Below are positions 1-7,811 of a stretch of DNA of 22,088 nt, piece by piece (the first letter of the stretch is position 1; each line of letters begins with the position of its first letter). The position numbers and the translations under genes were made by a program. Source of the DNA: Sumerlaeia bacterium (GTDB taxonomy: Bacteria > Sumerlaeota > Sumerlaeia > SLMS01 > JAHLLQ01); NCBI GenBank assembly GCA_040219255.1, contig JAVJSW010000006.1, positions 1 to 22,088 on the forward strand, in the 5' to 3' direction. The notes beneath the pieces are model-generated. The model did not search any database. It saw only the letters and a list, made by a program, of their open reading frames with translations, and was not told where the DNA came from.

Positions 1-101
1 CATGAGCGATGTCGAGGGGCTCGAATTCTTTGCCACACACGCCAACGGCCACTTCGCCTCCGCCGCCTGCGGTCTCCAGTACAACTAAGGACTCCCTTAC
101 C

Positions 102-1082
102 GTGTGCTTCTTTCCCTTCTTGTTCCGCCGCTTCCCTGGCCCCGCGTTCGCGCTGGGGCTTATGGCCTCGGCCGTCGGGGCTGTGCCTTGCGCCGCGCAA
201 ATGGGCAAGGAGGAGAAGGGCTTCGGGGAATTTCCCCAGGTATTCTTTCAGTTTTGGGATACGACGGGCCATTGGGGTCTTGTGGAATTCACAGAGTTCG
301 CCGAGGACATCGCGTTTCAACGCACCTACTGGGCGAATGGAGTTCGGTACGACGATCCTTTCGATGTACTGGTGGCCAATCTTGCGCCGGGAACTCCGGT
401 TTTCATTCAAGCCAACTCCGGCATTTCTGACTGCATCGCCGCCTGGAGTTGGATCGGGGCGCCTGAAACGACCTTCTATATCCCCTTCGACGGATCGCAG
501 GTGGAGGGGGGATTTTTTGAAGCCGACATAATGACCTCTGATATGAATAGGATACAATTTTCTATACAGGTGTATGTGGGTAAGTATTCGGACTCTCCTT
601 CCGAAATTGTGTGGGCCAACTTAGATTTGATCAAAGGTCTTGACTCCACCCTCAGAGTTAATTTTCTTGAGGGAAATGTGAAACATGGGGATCCTCCATT
701 TGTCAAATCGAGTCCTGTTCAGGGGGTTATTACGGCACGATTCGGAGCCGAGAATTGCTCCGATACCCCAACCATTGACTTCTGTTCAGAGGAAATGGCT
801 CCTGTCGGCCCGTTAGAAGTGATCTACTCCGTAGAAGGATATACTTCAGATTCAATTATTTTGGACGCCGAGAACTTAAAGGGATACGGATTTAATTTCC
901 TGTTGTTTTCATTGCCTGAGTCTAATGTCCCGTCAGCACCCCTCCAATTCGGAACCGGAGAGGTTTTCCCCGAAGAGACCGACTACCCCACATCACCCTC
1001 GTGCATCCCCGTCGGGATCTTGCGCGATGCTCAGAACCGACGAATCAACGCCTGGATGATGAATGGAAAGGAATCCCGATGA
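102..1082 (+). CDS. Hypothetical secreted protein (~326 aa), AT-richer than flanks
   Basis: Open frame 9..1082. In-frame GTG at 102 has AAGGA (87-91) upstream and gives a signal-peptide-like N-terminus (..RRFPGPAFALGLMASAVGAVPCAAQ). Body is acidic and aromatic-rich. No family recognised; start uncertain. Confidence 0.65.
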   Translation: MCFFPFLFRRFPGPAFALGLMASAVGAVPCAAQMGKEEKGFGEFPQVFFQFWDTTGHWGLVEFTEFAEDIAFQRTYWANGVRYDDPFDVLVANLAPGTPVFIQANSGISDCIAAWSWIGAPETTFYIPFDGSQVEGGFFEADIMTSDMNRIQFSIQVYVGKYSDSPSEIVWANLDLIKGLDSTLRVNFLEGNVKHGDPPFVKSSPVQGVITARFGAENCSDTPTIDFCSEEMAPVGPLEVIYSVEGYTSDSIILDAENLKGYGFNFLLFSLPESNVPSAPLQFGTGEVFPEETDYPTSPSCIPVGILRDAQNRRINAWMMNGKESR

Positions 1083-1219
1083 AAAGAAAGCAATGGCTCA
1101 TCCCACTGATACTGGCTGGATTTTCCCAGCCGCTTGGCGCTCAGCAGCTTGGCGTCTCCACGGCGGAGATCGAGCGCGTTGGCGTGGGGCGGCATTCCAG
1201 TAAGACCTTCCGCCTCTGA
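1079..1219 (+). pseudogene. 46-aa ORF that is mostly a signal peptide; probable truncated secreted-protein gene
   Basis: ATG at 1079 overlaps the upstream TGA (ATGA), with AAAGGA at 1067-1072. MKRKQWLIPLILAGFSQPLGA-QQ is a typical Sec signal, followed by only ~25 residues before the stop. Confidence 0.45.
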
Positions 1220-1324
1220 GCCACGAGAGAGCCCCGCCCGCCATTTTCCCCCTTGGCATGCCCCGCGTCCAGCGACAGATTGCGGGCGCCTTGTGGCCGA
1301 ACCCAACGCTTGATTTTTTGACGC

Positions 1325-4300
1325 ATGACCGATCCCCGCCCATCGAACCCCCAGAAGAGCCGGAGCCGGACCAGCAAGACGTCGAACAGCAAGGAAATCG
1401 TCAAGGGGGCGAAGACCTCGGCGCAGAGCACGCTCGCGCCCCGGCCCAAGCGCGAGGATCTGGAACGGCCCGACCGCGAGGTGCTCAAGGGCCGCGCCCG
1501 CGCCCAGCGCGAGGCCGAGGAGGCCCGGCCGGGCCGGCTGACGGTGCCGCTGTTTCTGCGCAAATTCTGCGAGCTGTCGCTGCTGGCCACCGTCCCCGGC
1601 GCGGCCTTCGCCTATCACCTGCAACTCCCCAATCCGGGCGAGGGGTTCCTGAAAAAGTATTTCGAGCCCCTGCTGTCCAGCGGCCTGCCGATCCTGGAAC
1701 TGAAGACCACCGTCTGGCTGGCTCTCGGCATGCTGTGCTGCGTGGCGTTTCTGGCGGCGCGCGGGTACGAACTGCTGGTGCGCCGGGCGGTTTTCTATCG
1801 CAATCCCGTCCGCGAAGGGCGCCGCTCGCTGGTGCGGGGGTTGCTGCCGATCGTGGCGGTGGCGGGTTTTCTGCTGTGGTCGTTCCTCGGTTTCGCCGGA
1901 CCGGGGGCGTTGCGCTGGGGGCCCGATGTGCCGCCCGTGGCCGCCGAAGCCATCGCTCGGGGCGAGGCCGCTCCCGTCCACCACACGGGAGGTTTCAGTT
2001 TCTCCCTGACGGCCTGGTTCCAGGTCGCCGCCGCCCTGGCGTTTTTCCTGGTGGCGGAGGAAATGCTGCGCACCCGGCGCCTGGTCTACAAACTCCTCGC
2101 CCAGTTGATCGCCGTGGGGGGGATCGCGACACTGACGGCCCTGGCGCTGCATGTGGATTTCCCTCTGGTCTCGAGCGTTTGGACCCAGTTCCCGCCAGAG
2201 GAAACCCGCAACGACGTCGCAGCCTTTATCGGTCACAACGTGGCCCTTTCCAGCTTCCTGGTGGCGCCCCTGTTGTGCGGCTGGGCCTTCTTCTGCATCC
2301 AGCGCGAGAAGTGGTCGCGGTGGCTGAAGGGCTCGATGGTCGCTCTGTTCTCGCTCATGGGCCTGGTGATTCTGCTGGCCCAGAGCCGGGCGGTGATTCC
2401 GGTGCTGGTGCTGGCCTTCGCCGCCCTGGTGGTGCTGCTGGCGCGGCGCGCCGCCTACCGCCCTCGGATCGCCTTCGCGGTCGGTGTACCGTTGATTTTA
2501 CTGGTTTTGCTCGTTAGCCAACTTGTCCCCCGGATGGGGCCCTTCGGCAATCCGCTTTATCGCAGCAACGTCACGCTCCAGGAGCGCCTCGGCAACCTGA
2601 CGCCCACGCACCTCAAGACCGAAACCCGCCTGCGCGTGCTCCTGGCGTCTCTGCCCGCCGTGGCCGACGCCCCCCTGACCGGCCTCGGCTGGGGGTCGTT
2701 TCAATACACCTACCCGTCGATGCAGGGCCAGTTCTACCGCGAGCACCCTCTCTCGACCATCGCCCCCACACCCAAGCGCACCCTGCGAGCCCACAACGAA
2801 TACTTGCAGATCGTTTATGAGACCGGCTTGATCGGCCTGGGGCTGGCCCTGCTGGGGTTGGTCACGATCTTGTGGGCCGGTTGGCGGACCCTGGCGGCGA
2901 CGATCACCCAACGTTTCATCGCCATTCAGTTGGCGGTTTTCCTCTCGATCCTCAGCCTCCTCGCGCATGCCTTGACGGATTTCGCGCCCTTGCGCGTGGC
3001 GCCCCTGGCGGGGACGCTGGTGATCCTGCTGGCGATCTGGAGCGCCGGCGACCGCCTTTGGTTGATGCCCGTGCCCAAGGTCGCCGACCGGCCTGACTCG
3101 GACGACACGACGAACGAGAACCTGACCAAAGAATTGAAGGAGGCCGCCGCCTCGCCCAAACCCCAGGCTCCCTGGCTGGTTTCCGCCCGCAAAGTCGCCT
3201 GGATCGTGCTCGTTTATCTGCTCGCGATGGCGTGGGCCTTGATCGTGGTCAAGGGCGCCCACTGGTTCTCCGGCAAGACCTACCTGCTGCGCGCCCAGTC
3301 CCAGTACGCCGCCGTGTCCGACTCCGCCTTCTCGCCCCAGGCTCGGGCCTACGCCATGGAAGACGGCCAGCGGGCCATCCAGCGAGCCCGCCTCCTGCTG
3401 CCACTCGATGGCGACGTGCTACTCTACAACGCCGTTTACGAAATGGCCGAGGCCGGCGGCGCGATGCAGTCCCTGATGCGCAACAACCAACAGGGTGTCG
3501 CCCCGGAAATCGTTCAGGCCCAAAGCAACGCGATCATGAACAAGCTGCTCCTGGCCCTCGAATATCTGGACCAGAGCCTCGCCGAGGTACAGTACAACTA
3601 TTCCTGGTACGTTCGCTCGAAACTGCACGACTTCATGGGCGCCCTCGCCTCCGAACCTCAGAAGCGCCTGCTGCTTCAAATGGCGCTGGAAGACCTTCGC
3701 CGGGCGGCGGAGATGAACCCCGGCGACTCGCGCTCGCAGGTCGAACTCTACCACAAAATCCGCCGCCTGGAAGGCGCCGAGGCCGCCCGCGACCTCATCG
3801 TCCGCCAAGTCAAACACTTCCATCCCTCCACCTTCCGCAGCGAAATCCTCGCCCCCGCCTACGAAGCCCTCTACGTCGGCGAAGCGGACGCGGCTTATGA
3901 CCGCATGCGGGAAATCCTTTCCGCCGCTCCCGAGGACCCGGAGCTGATCGACCCCGCCGCCTCCATGGCCTACGAAGCGGGCGATCTGGAGCAGGCGCAA
4001 GGCTGGGCGATGCAGCTGCTCGACGACCCGCCGCACGACATCTCCGCTCGCTTCATCCTGGCGCGCCTGGCCATGCGGGAGGGCAACTGGCCCGAAGCCC
4101 GCGACCAACTCGACGCGCTTCGCGAACGTCTCGACCCCGAGACCCACGCACCCCTTCTGAACAACGTGGCCATCCTGACCGCCCTCATCGAAGCCCGCCC
4201 GACCGTCTCCGATTCCGAACGCCAGCTCGAAGAACTCCTCGCCGAAAGCCCCCAGACCCTCGTCGAAACCGCGGCCTACGCGCTCTCCGAATTCAAGGCC

Positions 4301-4636
4301 CCCGATTACGCCGAAAAGCTGCTGCGCCGGCGCCTCGCCATCGCCGACCCCGCCGCCGACATCCAAACTCGAATCCTCCTGGCGGAGGCTCTCATCGAAC
4401 GCCACCGTGAGGACGTCGACCGCCTCGAAGCCGAGCGCGAAATGGCCGAGGGCCTCGGCCTGCGCACCGACCTGCGCGAGGCCAAACAGCTCTTCGAAGA
4501 AGCCCGCGACGCCACCGCCATCGCCATTCACCAAGCCGCCCTGTCGCTCCGCATCGAGCGCCTGCGCCGCCTCCTGGAAGGCTGGCCCGCTAGCACGGCC
4601 ACGGAAGCACCGCAGCCGGAGGCGCCCGCTCCGTGA
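1325..4636 (+). CDS. O-antigen ligase (Wzy_C) family membrane protein with C-terminal TPR-like region, 1103 aa
   Basis: Many TM segments. Motifs AQSRA, PLTGLGWGSF and RAHNEYLQIVYETGLIG. C-terminal helical repeats (ALEDLRRAAEMNPGD, MAYEAGDLEQAQGW, LARLAMREGNWPEARDQL). Confidence 0.9.
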   Translation: MTDPRPSNPQKSRSRTSKTSNSKEIVKGAKTSAQSTLAPRPKREDLERPDREVLKGRARAQREAEEARPGRLTVPLFLRKFCELSLLATVPGAAFAYHLQLPNPGEGFLKKYFEPLLSSGLPILELKTTVWLALGMLCCVAFLAARGYELLVRRAVFYRNPVREGRRSLVRGLLPIVAVAGFLLWSFLGFAGPGALRWGPDVPPVAAEAIARGEAAPVHHTGGFSFSLTAWFQVAAALAFFLVAEEMLRTRRLVYKLLAQLIAVGGIATLTALALHVDFPLVSSVWTQFPPEETRNDVAAFIGHNVALSSFLVAPLLCGWAFFCIQREKWSRWLKGSMVALFSLMGLVILLAQSRAVIPVLVLAFAALVVLLARRAAYRPRIAFAVGVPLILLVLLVSQLVPRMGPFGNPLYRSNVTLQERLGNLTPTHLKTETRLRVLLASLPAVADAPLTGLGWGSFQYTYPSMQGQFYREHPLSTIAPTPKRTLRAHNEYLQIVYETGLIGLGLALLGLVTILWAGWRTLAATITQRFIAIQLAVFLSILSLLAHALTDFAPLRVAPLAGTLVILLAIWSAGDRLWLMPVPKVADRPDSDDTTNENLTKELKEAAASPKPQAPWLVSARKVAWIVLVYLLAMAWALIVVKGAHWFSGKTYLLRAQSQYAAVSDSAFSPQARAYAMEDGQRAIQRARLLLPLDGDVLLYNAVYEMAEAGGAMQSLMRNNQQGVAPEIVQAQSNAIMNKLLLALEYLDQSLAEVQYNYSWYVRSKLHDFMGALASEPQKRLLLQMALEDLRRAAEMNPGDSRSQVELYHKIRRLEGAEAARDLIVRQVKHFHPSTFRSEILAPAYEALYVGEADAAYDRMREILSAAPEDPELIDPAASMAYEAGDLEQAQGWAMQLLDDPPHDISARFILARLAMREGNWPEARDQLDALRERLDPETHAPLLNNVAILTALIEARPTVSDSERQLEELLAESPQTLVETAAYALSEFKAPDYAEKLLRRRLAIADPAADIQTRILLAEALIERHREDVDRLEAEREMAEGLGLRTDLREAKQLFEEARDATAIAIHQAALSLRIERLRRLLEGWPASTATEAPQPEAPAP

Positions 4637-5073
4637 GGGTGCTGCTGCTCGAGCACGAAACCCGATCCGCCGACGCCCGCGCCGCCCTGGCAGGTGCGGA
4701 GTTGCTGCTGATCGTGCGGCTTGAGGAAGGCCTCGGCGGCGTCTGGACCGAATTCGAGGATGGCGCCGAAGTGATCCGCCTCGGCTTTCCGAAGAATTCC
4801 TCCCACGCCTTTTTCCGCCCACTGGAGCCACGCCGTAGTGGCGAGACCTGCGCCAGCGTCGCTCTCGGCCGCATGGTCTATGGCCGGCGCATTGGCGATG
4901 TCGTCTGCTTCGAGCCCGCGCTGGCCCCCGTCGTGGCGCACGCGCTCAAGGGCCATCACGTTCGCTGCTGGTTCGGTGCCCAACCGTGCGGCCCGGAAGC
5001 ACTCGGCACTGTGCCCGGATTCTCCGAACCGGAAGCCGTTCTCGCCGCCCTGGCCCGCGAGATCCCCGCATGA
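4633..5073 (+). CDS. Hypothetical 146-aa protein, weak resemblance to a glycosyltransferase family 4 N-terminal domain
   Basis: GTGA overlap with the upstream stop and ATGA overlap with the downstream start. MRVLLL start and EDGAEVIRL are reminiscent of GT4 N-termini. Confidence 0.6.
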   Translation: MRVLLLEHETRSADARAALAGAELLLIVRLEEGLGGVWTEFEDGAEVIRLGFPKNSSHAFFRPLEPRRSGETCASVALGRMVYGRRIGDVVCFEPALAPVVAHALKGHHVRCWFGAQPCGPEALGTVPGFSEPEAVLAALAREIPA

Positions 5074-6536
5074 GCACCGCCTCCCTCCTCGGCCGCGCCC
5101 GGCGCATCCTGCCGGTGGTGGACCTCTATGGGTTTATGGCGCTGGCGTTTCTGGGGACGTTCCTCGCCATCGCCGTGGTGCTGATTTTCACACCGAAGCT
5201 CGGGCTGACGCTGATGCTCGGCGCCCTGATTGGCACGGCGTTGATCGCGGCAGGGCCCCGGCTCACGTTCCCGCTCTATTTCGCCACGCTGTTCAGCTTC
5301 GGCTTCAACCTGCCGGGCCTGCCGATGTCGCTCAACCGCGTGCTGGCGCTGGCGTTCTTCGGATCGTGGATTGTGGCGCTGGGCCGCAGGCACTTTCGCA
5401 TTCCCAACACTCCGGCGGTTTATCTGCTGGGCCTGACGACGATTTACGCGGTTGTGACGTCGGCGCTGCTGAGCTTGGGCGGAGCAGAGCTGCCGATTCA
5501 GCCGGTTTTCTACTTCGTCGTCGCACTCGCGGTGGGCAGTTGGTATCGGCGGCCGTCTGATTACCTGGAACTTATCGGCATTGCCCTGACGATCACTTGC
5601 GCATTCCACAGCATTGGCATCATCGAATACATCATTCGGCGCGATCTCTTTCGTGAATTCAGTGATGTGAAGACTTATGGCGATCGGCTCCGCATCAACG
5701 GCATCTCGAAGAACGCCATCCAATACGCCTACATCGCCACCTTCATGACGCCGCTGGCTTTGTTGCTGGCGACAAACGCCCGCACGGCCCGCGTCCGCAA
5801 GTGGTCGCTTCTGGCCGTCGGATTCCTGCTGCTCGGCTGTCTGCTGACGCTCAACCGCCAGACGCCGATCATTCTCTTCGCGATGTTTTGCGTCGGTCTG
5901 CCGCTGCTGAGGTATCGCTACCGGGGGCGCCTCGCGATGGCGATGGTGGTGGGGGCGCTGGCGGTGTCGCCGGCCATCGTGGCCAAGGCCCTGCCCCGCA
6001 TCCAAACCATCTTTCGCCCCGCCGAAACCACCAAGCCCGACATCTCCCTCGCCATCCGCGCGGACAAACTCAAGATCGCCTTCGAGATCATTCAGGACCG
6101 CCCCCTCTTCGGCGTGGGCCTCAACAATTTCGACGCCTACCATCGGCTCTACATCCCCACTGGCGAACTCTATCTCGTCCAGTACGACGTATACTCTCGC
6201 CACTACGTCGATATGGGCTTCGTGCAACTCCTGACCGAGACCGGCCTGGTGGGTCTGGGCGGAGCACTCCTATTCTTCCTGGCGGCGGCGGGGCTGTGGA
6301 TTGGCGGCTTCCGGCGAGCCTGCGCCATCCGCTCCACCACCTTCTACCGCAACGCCTACGCCGCGCTGGCGATGATGTATGTGCAAATGCTCATGTCCTT
6401 ACTGGTGCAGGACACGTTCTATCTGCCCTGGAATTTCCTTCTCTTCGGGTTCTTGCTGGCCGTCACCACCATGACCCGCGATGCCTGGGTGCGCGAGCAC
6501 ACGCCGCCCCTAACCCCCGAAAGCTCAACGCCATGA
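5070..6536 (+). CDS. O-antigen ligase/Wzy polymerase family membrane protein (~488 aa)
   Basis: ATG at 5070 overlaps the upstream TGA. Multi-TM protein with RINGISKNAI, TLNR, RPLFGVGLNNF and DMGFVQLLTETGLVG motifs. Confidence 0.85.
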   Translation: MSTASLLGRARRILPVVDLYGFMALAFLGTFLAIAVVLIFTPKLGLTLMLGALIGTALIAAGPRLTFPLYFATLFSFGFNLPGLPMSLNRVLALAFFGSWIVALGRRHFRIPNTPAVYLLGLTTIYAVVTSALLSLGGAELPIQPVFYFVVALAVGSWYRRPSDYLELIGIALTITCAFHSIGIIEYIIRRDLFREFSDVKTYGDRLRINGISKNAIQYAYIATFMTPLALLLATNARTARVRKWSLLAVGFLLLGCLLTLNRQTPIILFAMFCVGLPLLRYRYRGRLAMAMVVGALAVSPAIVAKALPRIQTIFRPAETTKPDISLAIRADKLKIAFEIIQDRPLFGVGLNNFDAYHRLYIPTGELYLVQYDVYSRHYVDMGFVQLLTETGLVGLGGALLFFLAAAGLWIGGFRRACAIRSTTFYRNAYAALAMMYVQMLMSLLVQDTFYLPWNFLLFGFLLAVTTMTRDAWVREHTPPLTPESSTP

Positions 6537-7549
6537 CCCTGCCCCTTCCGATTACCGACTGGACCGATCTGCCCGTGCTCGTGACCGGCGCCGGGGGCTT
6601 TATCGGCAGCCATCTGGCCGAGGAACTCGCCCGCCGCGGCGCCCGCGTCCGAGCCTTTGTTCGCTACAACAGCCGCGGCAGCGCCGGCTGGCTCGACGAA
6701 ACGGCCGAGGTCCTGCGCCGCCGCATGACCATACACGCCGGCGACGTGCGCGACGCCGATTTCGTGCGCCGCGCCGCCAAGGGCACCGTCGCTATCTTCC
6801 ATCTCGCCGCGCTGATCGGAATTCCCTACAGTTACGACGCGCCGCTGTCCTACCTGCGGACCAACGCCGAGGGCACCCTGAACATCCTGGAAGCCGCCCG
6901 CGCCTTTGGCGTGCAGCGCATCGTCCAGGTTTCCACCAGCGAAGTTTACGGCACCGCCCGAACCGTGCCCATTTCCGAGGACCACCCGCAGACCGCCCAG
7001 TCGCCCTACGCCGCGTCGAAAATCGGGGCCGACCGGCTGGCCCAGAGCTACTGGCTCAGCTTCGGCACGCCGGTTGTCATCGCCCGCCCCTTCAACACCT
7101 TTGGCCCGCGCCAGAGCGCCCGCGCCGTCATCCCCGCCATCATGGCGCAACTTCTGTCGGGAGAACGCATTGTGCGGCTCGGCAACCTGGAACCGACCCG
7201 AGACATGAACCCGGTGCGCAACACCGTCGAGGGCATGATCGCCTGCGCCGAGGGCCCCGAGGCCGCGCTCGGCGAAGTCTTCAACCTCGGCAGCGGCCAC
7301 GAAATTTCCATCGGTCAGCTCGCCCGCAAAATCGCCGAAGCCGCCGGCGTCGAAGCCAAAGTCATCCGTGACGAAGAACGCATCCGCCCCGCCACCAGCG
7401 AAGTCGAACGCCTCCTGGCCGACTCCTCGAAAGCCGCCCGCGTCCTGGGATGGACGCCGAAGCGCACGCTGGAGGAAGGGCTGGCGGAAACCGTCGAGTG
7501 GATGCGCGGCCACCTGCACATCTACCGGCCGGGGGAGTACGCGGTTTAA
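6533..7549 (+). CDS. NAD-dependent nucleotide-sugar 4,6-dehydratase, LegB-like extended SDR (338 aa)
   Basis: ATGA overlap at 6533-6536. Motifs GAGGFIGSHL, LAALIGIPYSY, STSEVYG, SPYAASK (YxxxK) and RPFNTFGPRQSARAVIP, typical of LegB-like dehydratases. Confidence 0.9.
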   Translation: MTLPLPITDWTDLPVLVTGAGGFIGSHLAEELARRGARVRAFVRYNSRGSAGWLDETAEVLRRRMTIHAGDVRDADFVRRAAKGTVAIFHLAALIGIPYSYDAPLSYLRTNAEGTLNILEAARAFGVQRIVQVSTSEVYGTARTVPISEDHPQTAQSPYAASKIGADRLAQSYWLSFGTPVVIARPFNTFGPRQSARAVIPAIMAQLLSGERIVRLGNLEPTRDMNPVRNTVEGMIACAEGPEAALGEVFNLGSGHEISIGQLARKIAEAAGVEAKVIRDEERIRPATSEVERLLADSSKAARVLGWTPKRTLEEGLAETVEWMRGHLHIYRPGEYAV

Positions 7550-7676
7550 GGTAACACGGCCGTCTCGGCCGTGATCGGCGGCGCTTTGCGGCGAAGTGCA
7601 GGCTCTGGGCTTTGGCGGCTGAAGGTGGCAGTTCGAGAACGGTGGCCGATCACGGGCGGGACGCCCGTGTTACCTT
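7548..7676. repeat. REPIN-like element: two inverted REP-like palindromes around a 65-bp spacer
   Basis: 7548-7579 AAGGTAACACGGCCGTCTCGGCCGTGATCGGC matches the reverse complement of 7645-7676 at 29/32 positions. Each arm has an internal 8-bp stem. Confidence 0.75.
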
Positions 7677-7811
7677 TTTCGCCACACCGTTAAAAACCAG
7701 AAAATTAACCGCCACCTGCAACTTTTCCGTGCGAGTGGCATTAGGTAGGGTGAAGCATCTTTTCGCGAGGTGGAGCCAACAGCCCCGCAACGCGGTTTAG
7801 GAGTCAGCCCG

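Noticed and set aside
1253-1270. Sigma-54 promoter at TTGGCATG upstream of the ligase operon (also TGGCA at ~7736 and ~12018)
   Set aside because: No GC at the required GG-N10-GC spacing in any of the three.
5801-6532. N-terminal extension of the 582-aa dehydratase ORF
   Set aside because: It overlaps the Wzy-like gene out of frame and is Arg/Pro-rich junk. The ATGA-coupled start at 6533 fits the family length.
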